Source: Pseudomonadota bacterium
Lineage (GTDB): Bacteria; Pseudomonadota; Gammaproteobacteria; Enterobacterales; Alteromonadaceae
Reading direction: 5' to 3'
Assembly (NCBI GenBank): GCA_051745735.1
Contig: JBNJEJ010000003.1
Span: 13,656 to 77,655 of the forward strand
Length of the DNA stretch: 64,000 nt
The notes below the pieces were generated by a model. The model was not told the DNA's origin and ran no database searches. It saw nothing but the letters and a program-made list of their open reading frames with translations. Both the position numbers and the translations under genes were made by a program. This document shows, in pieces, positions 21,601 through 30,904 of the stretch (within the stretch, counting starts at the first letter, position 1; each line of letters starts with the position of its first letter).

Positions 21601-22148
21601 GCGGCCAAATTGAAAGCATCGGCTTTAGCCTTTATATGGACATGCTGGAACAAGCTGTAACGGCATTAAAAGAAGGCAAACAACCGTCATTAGAGGGATT
21701 AACACGTAGCCGCTCAGAAATTGACTTGCGCATTCCGGCCTTACTGCCGGATGACTACATCCCCGACGTTAATAACCGATTGAGCCTGTACAAACGCATT
21801 GCCAGTAGCGATAGCGAACAGCAACTGCAGGATATTCAGGTAGAACTTATCGATCGCTTTGGTTTGCTGCCCGACGCAGCTAAAAATTTGATCCGCCAGA
21901 CCAGTTTGCGTAACCACGCAGAATTGTTAGGAATTCGAAAAGTTGATATGGCCAATCAGGGCGGTATGATTGAATTCAGCAATGACACCAAAGTCAAACC
22001 CGAGGCAATCATCGGATTAATCCAGCAGGCGCCCAAACATTATAAACTGGATGGTCCCAGCCGCCTGCGTATCAGTCAGCCGCTGGAGGATACTCAGAGT
22101 CGGCTAAAACTGGTAGAGTCATTATTAACTGAGTTTTCACAGGAGTAA
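18672..22148 (+). CDS. mfd: Transcription-repair coupling factor
   Basis: PDWETLPYD, CGDVGFGKT, DEEH, QLRGRVGR, HDLEIRGAG. Confidence 0.98.
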   Translation: MPNVSVLKPPFPDSAERDVSWVNLRGSSEALAIAKLIDQTPGRVLIVTADANQAHRLEQEVRYFAGEDTEYHDDITLFPDWETLPYDSFSPHQDIISERLSVLARLPAAKRGALIVSVNTLMQRIAPKTFVQSQAMEFTVGQQLNSLALREQLEQSGYRAVNQVMEHGEFSSRGSILDLFPMGSSQPYRLDFFDDELDTIRPFDPETQLSQQPVNQVTLLPAHEFPLTKTGIELFRNQFRERFEITAERDSVYQQVSKSQLPGGIEYYLPLFFEQTATLFDYLPDNTVLVSFGDIQGALERLWTDINHRYEQRRYDKSRPLLPPNELYLPVDEVHSGFKKLRRIRTAIPADKPTPGATQFDTELVTEVAANHQHKEPFASLAKLIEQAVANNERVLLSAESAGRKETLRENVSRLGWRPTSVASLDDFLAVDDAVGLLVSPIVNSFRLLTDKLWFITETELLGNKVAQRRRRDQKATVSPDTLIRNLAELQTGQAVVHIDHGVGRYQGLTTLDAGSVTTEFVTIEYAGGSKLYVPISSLDVLSRYSGGEDNHAPLHKLGNDSWEKAKKRAAEKIRDVAAELLDVYAHREAKSGYGFNINEDDYQRFASGFPFEETLDQQQAINALKTDMQQPQPMDRLVCGDVGFGKTEVAMRGAFIAVNDGKQVMVLVPTTLLAQQHYENFKDRFADWPVRVEVLSRFKTAKQSKQILADMASGQVDIVIGTHKLLQENVKCNDLGLLIVDEEHRFGVRQKETIKRMRADVDILTLTATPIPRTLNMAMNNIRDLSIIATPPAKRLAVKTFVREFDDATVREAVLREILRGGQVYFLHNNVETIEKMALDLEALVPEARITLAHGQMRERDLERIMSDFYHQRFNVLVCTTIIETGIDVPSANTIIMNRADHLGLAQMHQLRGRVGRSHHQAYAYLLTPHPKRMTKDAAKRLEAIAQLEDLGAGFMLATHDLEIRGAGELLGDEQSGQIESIGFSLYMDMLEQAVTALKEGKQPSLEGLTRSRSEIDLRIPALLPDDYIPDVNNRLSLYKRIASSDSEQQLQDIQVELIDRFGLLPDAAKNLIRQTSLRNHAELLGIRKVDMANQGGMIEFSNDTKVKPEAIIGLIQQAPKHYKLDGPSRLRISQPLEDTQSRLKLVESLLTEFSQE

Positions 22149-23242
22149 TGCAGGTGGCGCGAGGACGTAAATTAACAACAGCAATTGCGGCCGTAGTCTG
22201 TGCGTTGCTCTCCGTCAGTGCTTATGCCGAATTACCCGAGCGTGATTACTGGCGCTGGTTTGAAGTCGAAGTGCTGTTGTTTAAACAAACCCAGCAGCAG
22301 TCTGTCAGCGAACAATTTCCGCTGCAAGTCAACGCCATAGAGAGTTTGCGTGGCCGGGATCTGCTGAGTTCTTATTTTGCTCCGAACTTACGGGCTTTGC
22401 GTAATGCGCTGCAACCCTGCCAGCCCTGGTCAAGCGCAACAGACTGGCAATTTACTCTGAGCTGCCGTTATCCCCACGAAAACCCCTTGATTCCGATTCC
22501 GGGCAGCCCTTTCGAAACACCGCCTGCGCTCAACCGGTTACAGCAGGCTGCCGTGGTAGTTAATGGCACAGGCGGCAACATTGCTCACGCCCGGCGGCCA
22601 TTTTTAATGCCCGCTTCCAGTCATGTTTTAACCGAAACACGCACAACACTGCAGCGCAAAAATTTAGCCGAACCACTATTGCACCTTGCCTGGCGTCAAC
22701 CCGTTTTTAACGAGGACGATCAACAAAGGCTGCGCTTATTCGGCGGTCGTCAATTTTCTGATAGCTTTCGATACGATGGTTTTGAACGCGTTACTGAACA
22801 ACACGATGGGTCAGCTGAAAACCCGCCAGCGGATATAATGGACAGAGTACAGAGTCTACTGAACCGGGTGGAAAACGACAAACTGGTTTTTCAAACTGAA
22901 AATAACAACGCACCCGGGCCATTATCTGACCATCAGCAAGTGCCCGAACGGGTTTGGCAGCTTGATGGCTTACTGCACATATTTTTAGTCGGTAACTATC
23001 TGCACATTGAGCACGATTTTAATTTACGCGAGGCAGTCAGCATTGCTGCCCCCGCTAAAAGCCTGGCGCAACAAGCTGAACAAGCGTTAAGCACAGACCG
23101 TCAAACTGAACCTTTTTTGCGCGCCTATCGGTTTAACCAGCGACGCCGCGTGATCAGTCACGAAACACACTACTTTGATCATCCTAAAGTGGGCATGGTC
23201 ATCCAAATCAGACGAACTAAATTATCACCCCGGCGTTTTTAA
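22148..23242 (+). CDS. CsiV-family periplasmic peptidoglycan-binding protein
   Basis: Signal peptide, WFEVEVLLF, HLAWRQP, HYFDHPKVG; TAATG overlap with mfd. Confidence 0.8.
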   Translation: MQVARGRKLTTAIAAVVCALLSVSAYAELPERDYWRWFEVEVLLFKQTQQQSVSEQFPLQVNAIESLRGRDLLSSYFAPNLRALRNALQPCQPWSSATDWQFTLSCRYPHENPLIPIPGSPFETPPALNRLQQAAVVVNGTGGNIAHARRPFLMPASSHVLTETRTTLQRKNLAEPLLHLAWRQPVFNEDDQQRLRLFGGRQFSDSFRYDGFERVTEQHDGSAENPPADIMDRVQSLLNRVENDKLVFQTENNNAPGPLSDHQQVPERVWQLDGLLHIFLVGNYLHIEHDFNLREAVSIAAPAKSLAQQAEQALSTDRQTEPFLRAYRFNQRRRVISHETHYFDHPKVGMVIQIRRTKLSPRRF

Positions 23243-23257
23243 ACTAAGGATAGGACA

Positions 23258-23743
23258 ATGGAAAAGCACGATGAGCTATTACTTGCTCTGCGTAAAGTCA
23301 TTCGTGCTATCGACCTGCACTCCAAGCAATTAAATAAGTATTCAGGACTGACCGCTCCGCAGTTACTGATATTACGGGAAATTATTGCAGGTGATGGCAT
23401 TACCGCCAGTCAGGTAGCACAAAATATCACCTTAAGTCCGGCCACCGTATCTAACGTTATCGAACGGATGGAACTGCGCGGGTTAATCCACCGGCAACGC
23501 AGTGCAACGGATAAACGGCGTGTTTTATTATACTTAAGTGACTATGGGCAGACGTTGCTGGACAAGGCACCACAGCCACTGCAACACGATTTCATACAAA
23601 AGTTCCAGGCGCTTGAGCAATGGGAGCAGTCGTTGCTGCTGTCTTCGATGCAACGCATTGCCACCATGATGGATGCCGAAAGACTGCAGGTTTCACCCGT
23701 ACTGGAAATGGACAGTTACCACACCATGGACTCAAACTCATGA
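23258..23743 (+). CDS. MarR-family transcriptional regulator (EctR/CosR-like)
   Basis: LRKVIRAIDLHSKQL, GLTAPQL, wHTH and DKRR wing. Confidence 0.9.
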   Translation: MEKHDELLLALRKVIRAIDLHSKQLNKYSGLTAPQLLILREIIAGDGITASQVAQNITLSPATVSNVIERMELRGLIHRQRSATDKRRVLLYLSDYGQTLLDKAPQPLQHDFIQKFQALEQWEQSLLLSSMQRIATMMDAERLQVSPVLEMDSYHTMDSNS

Positions 23744-25488
23744 CTAAACTCAGCACTCTCGCCGTTGCTTTGCTTTTGAGCAGCACTGCCGCGGCACAAA
23801 ATTGTCAATTAAAAAGCGATGTAACCCCCATCAGCGCGGTACAGGGTAAAACGGCCCAGTCGCCGCTGCTAAGTGACAGCGTCACGGTTGCTGGCGTTGT
23901 CACCGCTGACTGGAGTCAGCAAGGCCAGCTGAACGGTTTTTTTCTGCAGTCACTGGCCGATCACGAAGATCAGGACCCGTCCACCTCAGAGGCCTTGTTT
24001 GTTAACACCGGACACAACGCCGACGCCGTTAAAGTGGGTACTATTGTCAAAATCAGCGGAACCGTTAACGAAACCAACAACCTGACTCAATTAACCGACA
24101 CCAGCCGCTTTTACGAGTGCGGCAGCAGTGAGTTGCCGGCAGTGGTAAGTTTAAACTTACCTTTTTCCTCACAACTGCAGGCCGAAACCGTTGAAGGCAT
24201 GCGGGTGAAGGTCTCGGGCGAACAGCCGTTGACCATTTCGGGCCAGTATCAGTTCGCCCGACACGGCTTTTTTGACCTCTCCGCGGGTCGTTTGTGGACC
24301 CCCTCACAAATTGCCGAGCCAGGAGCTGCAGCTAAGGCTCAGGCGGCCAGTAACCGCTTGAATCGGCTGCAGGTTGACGATAACAGCAATCAACGACCGC
24401 AGCCGCTGCCCTACCAGGATCTTTTTCATGGGCCGAACAACAGTTTGCGCAGTGGCTCGACCCTGCAACCGATAACCGGTATCTTATCGCAGTACGGCGA
24501 TAACTATCGTCTGCAGCCGACCGCTGAACTGCAGTTGCTGCAACGCTCAAAGATTACACCGATTCAGCCTAAGCGTTCTGATCGTCTGCGCATCGCCAGT
24601 TTTAACGTACTGAATTATTTTAACGGTAACGGACAAGGTGGCGGGTTTCCTACTGACAGAGGAGCCAAAACATTAGATCAGTTTAAACGTCAGGAAGATA
24701 AAATTATTGCCGCCCTCAAAGCGTTGGATGCCGACGTATTCGGGTTAATGGAAATTGAAAACGACGGTTTTTCTGACAACAGCGCGATTCAGCAGTTGGT
24801 TAACGCTTTGAATCAAGCTCAGGATATACCTTACGCCATTGCTCAGCCACGGTCTGAGCGTGTTGGCGGTGATCAAATCAGCGTCGCGATCATCTACAAC
24901 AAAAACCGCTTAAAACCTGAAAACCATGCGCAAACCCACCAGCAAGGTCCTTTTCAGTGGGGCAGTCGCGTTCCTCTGGCACAGGTGTTTACGGATAGGG
25001 ATTCCGACCAGCGCTTTACTGCCGTGGTAAACCACTTTAAATCGAAAGGCGGTTGTCCGGAAGATGGGGCTAATGCAAATCAGCGTGACGGTCAGGCCTG
25101 CTGGAATGCGTTGCGACTTCAGTCTGCTGAAGAATTGGTGGCCTGGCTAAATGAGGAGCAGCTGCCTAACCCGGTTTTGATCGGCGACTTTAACGCTTAC
25201 TACATGGAAGACCCCATGCAGTACATGACAGCAAACGGCTACCATAACGTATCATCCGCTCGCGATTATTCTTACGTGTACAACAGCCAGGCAGGGGCAC
25301 TGGATCATATTTTGGTGAGCGACTCGTTAACCCAAAAAGTGGCGCTGGTTCAGCACATTAACTTTAATGCTGATGAGCCAACCATTTACGATTACCGCGA
25401 CCCGCACTATTATCAGCCAAACCCTTATCGCTCTTCGGATCATGATCCCTTATTGCTTGACCTGGACTGGCGAGATTCGGGTAAATAA
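23740..25488 (+). CDS. ExeM/NucH-family extracellular endonuclease
   Basis: Signal peptide from ATG 23740, OB-fold GFFLQ, EEP motifs FNVLNYF, NHFKSKG, GDFN, LDH, SSDHDP. Confidence 0.9.
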   Translation: MTKLSTLAVALLLSSTAAAQNCQLKSDVTPISAVQGKTAQSPLLSDSVTVAGVVTADWSQQGQLNGFFLQSLADHEDQDPSTSEALFVNTGHNADAVKVGTIVKISGTVNETNNLTQLTDTSRFYECGSSELPAVVSLNLPFSSQLQAETVEGMRVKVSGEQPLTISGQYQFARHGFFDLSAGRLWTPSQIAEPGAAAKAQAASNRLNRLQVDDNSNQRPQPLPYQDLFHGPNNSLRSGSTLQPITGILSQYGDNYRLQPTAELQLLQRSKITPIQPKRSDRLRIASFNVLNYFNGNGQGGGFPTDRGAKTLDQFKRQEDKIIAALKALDADVFGLMEIENDGFSDNSAIQQLVNALNQAQDIPYAIAQPRSERVGGDQISVAIIYNKNRLKPENHAQTHQQGPFQWGSRVPLAQVFTDRDSDQRFTAVVNHFKSKGGCPEDGANANQRDGQACWNALRLQSAEELVAWLNEEQLPNPVLIGDFNAYYMEDPMQYMTANGYHNVSSARDYSYVYNSQAGALDHILVSDSLTQKVALVQHINFNADEPTIYDYRDPHYYQPNPYRSSDHDPLLLDLDWRDSGK

Positions 25489-26453
25489 GCATTGTTGGTA
25501 CCAAAGTGGACTTCGAACTCGAGGCCCAACATCCAATGGCCCTGGCGCGACTCGTTGAGATGTTCGCGGGGCCAGTGGTAGCCGATCCAGGATTCAACAA
25601 ATAACCACTCATGCAGGTAACGCTGACGATTTAAAAACCGCAGGCCGTAATCATTCACCGGCACATTATGGTCGGTCTGCCCTTCTATCCAGGTTTCAAT
25701 AGCCATCGCTTTTTGCTGGTCATAGAGTTTATAAGTTCGCAAGGTGCTGCTCCAGCGCAGGCCTTTAGTTTCCTGGGCCAAGGTACCAAGAGATGACCAG
25801 CGCATCAGGATAGTATCCGTTAACGTTGCTTCCAGATCGACTCGTTGTGAAGCGCCAAAACCGTCGCTGTCACGCCAAAACACCGAACTTTGAAGTCTTG
25901 CCAGAACCGAGTCCGCTGCTGTGATGTCGGTTCGGTAGCGGCTCCTCACGTAGGTATCAAAATCCAGCCCACCCCGAAAACCGATGCTGTACGAGAAGCG
26001 GTGCTTCTTGTTCATGTGCGGATCAAAGCCAAGCCCCACCAGCCACTCTTCATCGGCGCCTGGCGAACGGATAATCGACGGCCTACCGGCTGATGCATCA
26101 TCCAGAAACTCGTCGCTATCAACGCGGCCAATAAAAGCAGAGAATTCTTCTTTTGCGTGGGGCAAATTGACCCGCGCACGAAATCGTGACTTTAACTCAA
26201 AGCCATCGTAGCCGCTCCATTGTGGAGCCAGCGACAAACGACCATAGGAGTGGTAGGAATCATCAAGGCGGCCCTCGGTAAAAAAGCCGTCAACCCAGCG
26301 TGCCGAAATTTCGACGGAGTTTTCCAGGCCCAACCGAAAACCATTAAGCCAGGCCGAATCCGATGGCTCATCAGACTCAGTTTGATCTTTGGCATCAACC
26401 TGCGCTGAGCTCAGTAATAAAAATAAAAGCAGACCCAAAGAAAACTTTTTCAT
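25440..26453 (-). CDS. Hypothetical exported protein, probable outer-membrane beta-barrel
   Basis: Signal peptide, amphipathic beta-strand pattern; overlaps the 3' end of the nuclease gene. Confidence 0.6.
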   Translation of the reverse strand: MKKFSLGLLLFLLLSSAQVDAKDQTESDEPSDSAWLNGFRLGLENSVEISARWVDGFFTEGRLDDSYHSYGRLSLAPQWSGYDGFELKSRFRARVNLPHAKEEFSAFIGRVDSDEFLDDASAGRPSIIRSPGADEEWLVGLGFDPHMNKKHRFSYSIGFRGGLDFDTYVRSRYRTDITAADSVLARLQSSVFWRDSDGFGASQRVDLEATLTDTILMRWSSLGTLAQETKGLRWSSTLRTYKLYDQQKAMAIETWIEGQTDHNVPVNDYGLRFLNRQRYLHEWLFVESWIGYHWPREHLNESRQGHWMLGLEFEVHFGTNNAYLPESRQSRSSNKGS

Positions 26454-26498
26454 CCAATCGCCTCTATTACACTATAGTCAATACGTTTTGGAGGACTT

Positions 26499-27629
26499 AT
26501 GCGCATATTACCAATGTTAAGCACATGCCTGCTGTTGGTTAGTAGCTTTAGCATGGCACAAAATCAGGCCGCAGAAAAGCAGGCCGATGAGCGGGTTGCA
26601 ACCCTCGCCGGCGGCTGTTTCTGGTGCGTCGAAGAAGCATTTGAACAGCTTAATGGCGTACGTGAAGTGGTTTCAGGTTATGCTGGAGGCACCGAACGTA
26701 ACCCCACGTACCAGCAAGTGTCAGGCGGTCAAACCGGCCATACCGAAGCCGTACAGGTGTATTACAATCCGAATATCATCAGCTACGCGGGCTTGTTACA
26801 AAAATTTTGGCGGATCATGGATCCAACCGATAGCGAGGGCCAGTTTGTCGACCGTGGAAAACAATACCGCCCCGAAGTTTTTGTGCACAATAGCAGACAG
26901 CGCAGAGTCGCCGAACAGTCTAAACAGTGGTTACAGGAGCACGGCCCCTTTCAGCAGCCCATTATTGTGCCGATCACCGATTTCAGCAGCTTTTACGTAG
27001 CTGAAGACTATCACCAAAATTATTACGACAAGAACCCCGTCCGGTACAAATTATACACGTACAATTCCGGGCGCTATGATTTTGTCGATAAACACTGGGG
27101 CGACACCGACGATATTGACTACCAGCAATTTACGAACAGTAACCCGGGCGGTGCCGAGCAGAGCGTGAGAAGCAACCCCTGGCAGAATTTTACCAAACCA
27201 TCTGAAGAACAGTTAAAACAGCAGCTTACCCCGTTGCAGTATGCTGTAACCCAAGAAGATGAAACGGAAGAGTCATTTAACAACCCTTACTGGGATAACA
27301 AACGGGCTGGTATTTATGTCGACATTGTCAGTGGTGAGCCGTTGTTCTCTTCGGCCGACCAATACAAATCCGGCAGTGGCTGGCCCAGCTTTACTCAGCC
27401 GATACAATCGGATGCGGTGGTAGAAAAAGAAGACAACAGTTGGTTTTATTCGCGTACCGAAATTCGCAGTCGCTACGCTGATTCCCATTTGGGGCACGTT
27501 TTTAGCGATGGCCCACAACCCACAGGACTGCGGTACTGTATGAATTCAGCAGCACTGGAATTTATTCCGCTGGATGAGATGAAAGAGCGGGGTTATCAGG
27601 CGTACATGCAATACGTCGAGGGTGATTAA
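26499..27629 (+). CDS. msrAB: Exported peptide methionine sulfoxide reductase MsrA/MsrB fusion
   Basis: Signal peptide, GGCFWC (MsrA), [14 protein letters not shown] and RYCMNS (MsrB). Confidence 0.95.
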   Translation: MRILPMLSTCLLLVSSFSMAQNQAAEKQADERVATLAGGCFWCVEEAFEQLNGVREVVSGYAGGTERNPTYQQVSGGQTGHTEAVQVYYNPNIISYAGLLQKFWRIMDPTDSEGQFVDRGKQYRPEVFVHNSRQRRVAEQSKQWLQEHGPFQQPIIVPITDFSSFYVAEDYHQNYYDKNPVRYKLYTYNSGRYDFVDKHWGDTDDIDYQQFTNSNPGGAEQSVRSNPWQNFTKPSEEQLKQQLTPLQYAVTQEDETEESFNNPYWDNKRAGIYVDIVSGEPLFSSADQYKSGSGWPSFTQPIQSDAVVEKEDNSWFYSRTEIRSRYADSHLGHVFSDGPQPTGLRYCMNSAALEFIPLDEMKERGYQAYMQYVEGD

Positions 27630-27659
27630 CGGCCGGCTGGCAGCCGACCGTTAATCACC
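27621..27659. terminator. Long inverted repeat between convergent msrAB and the AsnB-like gene
   Basis: ggtgattaacgg-c-cggctg/cagccg-a-ccgttaatcacc near-perfect hairpin; no U-tract. Confidence 0.6.
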
Positions 27660-27674
27660 TTAAAGTCGGTACCC

Positions 27675-29690
27675 CTAAACCTGCCAGTTCAGCTCTCGCG
27701 CCCTCTGTGCAGCTTGTTTAGGCACATCGGTGGCAACAAAATGATGGTGCAACACCTGCACTCCCAGCATGTGATTGATGACCGCATCCAGTTGTACCTG
27801 TTCTTCTCCCTTAACCTGCGGGTTTTGATGCCGTTGAAAGGTTTTTACAACGGTATCGTAATCCAGTAAGCCAGCCTCTTCAACGGCTTGCTTATTGAGG
27901 AATTGCTCTGCCAATTGCTCAACGGCCTTCCATTTTTCCGGATCCGTGTGAGCGGGTGGCGCCATAAAAGCAAATTTTTCACGCTTGTACAGAGTCTCTG
28001 GTAACAAGCCCTTCATTGCTTCGCGTAACACGTACTTTTCTTTATTGCCTTTGATGCGCAAGTGCGGGGGAACTGTGAACGCATACTCTGCCAGATGATG
28101 GTCCAGAAAGGCAGGTCTTGCCTCCATCGAATTGGCCATATCGACCCGATCGCCACCCCAGGTGAGTATTTGTCCTTCGAGCATGGTTTTGATCCAGACA
28201 TACTGCGCTCGATCCAAAGGATGCCGTCCTTCCAGCATGGATTGATCCAGAGTCGCCGCAATGGCGCTGCTGGGATCGTAATGCTCGACCTGCTCACGCA
28301 TGGCTTCAGACATTAACGGTAAAGCAACGGAGCTGCATGAAAGCCATGGCTGCACACAACTGGGGGTAAAACCCACTTTTTGATTAAAGGCGTCACTGAC
28401 AAACTCTTCCCGCGCCAGCATTGCGCCTTTAAACAGTTTGTTGTTTTCTTCCAGTAACTTTTGCCATTCCAGTCGCTCAATTTCCGGCAAGTGGTCCAGC
28501 CCATGAAAAAACATATCCTTACGAAAGGCCGGGTAACCGGCAAACAACTCATCCGAACCTTCGCCCGTCATCACCACTTTATAGCCGGCTTCGTGAACTT
28601 GCTGGCTCATAAGATATTTAGCAACACCCAACGTATTGTATATGGTGCGTTCGGTATGCCAGAGAGTTTTAACAAAGTGGTCGTACAGATCATTAGCCTT
28701 TAATGCCATAATGTGATGGTCAGCATCCGTCGCTTCCGCCATTTCCCGGGCTATCGGCGTTTCATCATACTCGGCCGAATCAAAACCAATCGTAAACGCT
28801 TTAACCGATGTCTGCGTAGAGGCTGAGGCAAGACCCAAAATTGAGCAGGAGTCGATGCCACCAGACAAATAACAACCCACCGGCACATCAGCCGTCATAC
28901 GGTGCTGCACCGCCTCTAACAACTTAGCTCTGACGCCCTCGACATACTGTTCTTCGTCCACATCGTCAGCGGGATAATCCTGTTCGTTAGGGAAATTAAC
29001 ATCCCAGTACTTATGCTCGCTGATTGATAACTGACCATTGCGCCTGGCTACTTTTACCACATGGCCGGGCTGTACCTGATGAATACCCGCAAACGCCGTT
29101 GAACCGGGTACCATCACCTGAATTAACTGATGATAAACTCCCTCGGCTGAGAATTCTCGCTTAACGTCCGGGTGGGCGAACAGAACTTTTAACTCAGAAC
29201 CAAACACCACGCCGTTGTCCGTTTCGGTCCAGTAAAGAGGTTTGATACCAAATCGGTCGCGAACCAGGTACAAGCTGTCCTCAGCTTCATCAAATAAGCC
29301 AAAAGCAAACTCTCCACGCAATTCCTTCAATGCGCTTTCTAACCCATAACGCTCGAATAAGTGCAGCACGATTTCTGAATCGCTTTTGCTGTTGAAGCGG
29401 GCTCCGCGCGCTGTTAGGTCAGCCCGAATGCGCTTAAAATCATAGAACTCACCATTGTGAGTTAACATGAGCCGTTGATCGGTGGATAAAAACGGTTGCT
29501 TACCACGATTCTCGTCCAAATCGATAATCGACAGACGGGCATGGCTAAAACCAATGCCTCGCTCAGGTTTAATTTGATAACCAAAACCATCGGGACCGCG
29601 GTGATGCATAATGGCAGCCATATTAACCAGCGTCTGCGGGTCTATCGAGCGCTCGGCCTGATGATGAAAAACTCCAGCTATTCCGCACAT
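27675..29690 (-). CDS. Asparagine synthase (glutamine-hydrolysing)-family amidotransferase
   Basis: N-terminal MCGIAG (catalytic Cys2), HRGPDG, HNGEFY, RDRFGIKPL, SGGIDS PP-loop, TGEGSDELFAGY. Confidence 0.92.
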   Translation of the reverse strand: MCGIAGVFHHQAERSIDPQTLVNMAAIMHHRGPDGFGYQIKPERGIGFSHARLSIIDLDENRGKQPFLSTDQRLMLTHNGEFYDFKRIRADLTARGARFNSKSDSEIVLHLFERYGLESALKELRGEFAFGLFDEAEDSLYLVRDRFGIKPLYWTETDNGVVFGSELKVLFAHPDVKREFSAEGVYHQLIQVMVPGSTAFAGIHQVQPGHVVKVARRNGQLSISEHKYWDVNFPNEQDYPADDVDEEQYVEGVRAKLLEAVQHRMTADVPVGCYLSGGIDSCSILGLASASTQTSVKAFTIGFDSAEYDETPIAREMAEATDADHHIMALKANDLYDHFVKTLWHTERTIYNTLGVAKYLMSQQVHEAGYKVVMTGEGSDELFAGYPAFRKDMFFHGLDHLPEIERLEWQKLLEENNKLFKGAMLAREEFVSDAFNQKVGFTPSCVQPWLSCSSVALPLMSEAMREQVEHYDPSSAIAATLDQSMLEGRHPLDRAQYVWIKTMLEGQILTWGGDRVDMANSMEARPAFLDHHLAEYAFTVPPHLRIKGNKEKYVLREAMKGLLPETLYKREKFAFMAPPAHTDPEKWKAVEQLAEQFLNKQAVEEAGLLDYDTVVKTFQRHQNPQVKGEEQVQLDAVINHMLGVQVLHHHFVATDVPKQAAQRARELNWQV

Positions 29691-29708
29691 TATTGACTTT
29701 TCCTTATG

Positions 29709-30776
29709 TTAAACAACGTCGATAACGCGCTCAGCGCGCTGTACCATGCAGGTCAGTAAAGCCATTCTTAAAAAAACAGCGCCGCGTGCCTGACTAAAGT
29801 ACCAATTATGCGGCGTGTGGTCCAAATCAGTATCCAGTTCGGGGCCTCGCGCTAACGGGTGCAGAACAATGGCATCGTGTTTTAATGGCGAGGCCGCTGA
29901 CAAACTGAATGACTTACCATAAGAGCTAAAGGTTTCGCCCTCCCAGGAAATCGCATTAATATAAACAACATCCAAATCCGGCAGGCTTGCGTCTAAATCG
30001 GTAGCGGTACGAATGCTGATACCGGCCTGTTCTATCTGCTCTCGTTGCTCTGCTCCAAATAACGAGTCATCAACGGAGTCGTCGTGAATGATGACCAGCT
30101 CTTTGACTGCATCCGGAAACGTACATAAGGACTTTATAAAGCTGCGCACTGTACGCATTTTATTCGGGATACCAATAATACCGATACTGACCGCTGCACT
30201 TTTTGCCTGGTCTGTTGCAAGTTGCGGACGCCATTTAAACAGCGCATACAAATCGGCTAAAGCTTGCGTTGGATGTTCATCACAGCCGTTACCGGCATTA
30301 ATAATTGGTATTCTTAAGGTATCAATCATCTCCTCTAACGAGGTATCGTTATTATCCCGCAGTACCACACAATCACCGTAATTATTAAACATCTCGGCCA
30401 CATCGGACAAGCATTCGCCTTTGGCGATACCGGTGGTAGATCGATCGGTAATGGACATGATGTCGCCACCCAGGCGGTGCCAGGCGCTTTCGAACGACAG
30501 GCGCGTCCGGGTGCTGGGTTCATAAAATGCAGAAATTAAAATTTTGCCCTGCAAAGAAGTACTAAAGCGACTTGGATTTGCCTCGTATTTTGCTGCTAAC
30601 CGAAACAACTGCAGCATCGTATTGGCACTGAATTGGTCCGAGGATACTACGTGCTGACTGGCTAACTTAAGAAGGTAGTCGCCATCTTCCTGAATCGCCC
30701 GCAACAATGCTTTAGGGTGCGCATCACCACACACATCGGGCCGTTCCCTTTTAAACGACACATCTTTTATGTTCAT
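29709..30776 (-). CDS. ATCase/OTCase-superfamily carbamoyltransferase, aspartate-type fold with altered acceptor site
   Basis: FYEPSTRTRLSFE, AKGE, NAGNG..EHPTQ, HPLAR; lacks RxQxER. Confidence 0.88.
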   Translation of the reverse strand: MNIKDVSFKRERPDVCGDAHPKALLRAIQEDGDYLLKLASQHVVSSDQFSANTMLQLFRLAAKYEANPSRFSTSLQGKILISAFYEPSTRTRLSFESAWHRLGGDIMSITDRSTTGIAKGECLSDVAEMFNNYGDCVVLRDNNDTSLEEMIDTLRIPIINAGNGCDEHPTQALADLYALFKWRPQLATDQAKSAAVSIGIIGIPNKMRTVRSFIKSLCTFPDAVKELVIIHDDSVDDSLFGAEQREQIEQAGISIRTATDLDASLPDLDVVYINAISWEGETFSSYGKSFSLSAASPLKHDAIVLHPLARGPELDTDLDHTPHNWYFSQARGAVFLRMALLTCMVQRAERVIDVV

Positions 30777-30780
30777 AGAG

Positions 30781-30903
30781 TTACCATATCGTTTTAGAAA
30801 AATAATCTTTCACGAATAACACCACTAGCACCAGCGGCGTTAACATGGTCGCTGCCAGCGCAGTTATAATTAATATCGAAAAAATGAGTTCGGAGATTTG
30901 CAT
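30781..30903 (-). CDS. 40-aa single-TM small membrane protein (not in ORF track)
   Basis: ATG at 30903 to TAA at 30781: MQISELIFSILIITALAATMLTPLVLVVLFVKDYFSKTIW; GAGGA RBS in the upstream gene's 3' end; fills the operon gap (1-nt and 4-nt spacers). Confidence 0.8.
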   Translation of the reverse strand: MQISELIFSILIITALAATMLTPLVLVVLFVKDYFSKTIW

Positions 30904-30904
30904 C

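Noticed and set aside
23620-23739. N-terminal extensions in the ORF track (nuclease here; also acnA, M14 peptidase, OMP, pyp)
   Set aside because: Downstream ATGs fit RBS position, signal peptides and family lengths better
29709-30776. Calling this gene the housekeeping pyrB
   Set aside because: The aspartate-binding RxQxER motif is missing and there is no pyr-gene context
6746-30776. A single pathway joining the aminomutase with the carbamoyltransferase and AsnB-like enzyme
   Set aside because: About 20 kb of core genes separate them and there is no sequence evidence of linkage
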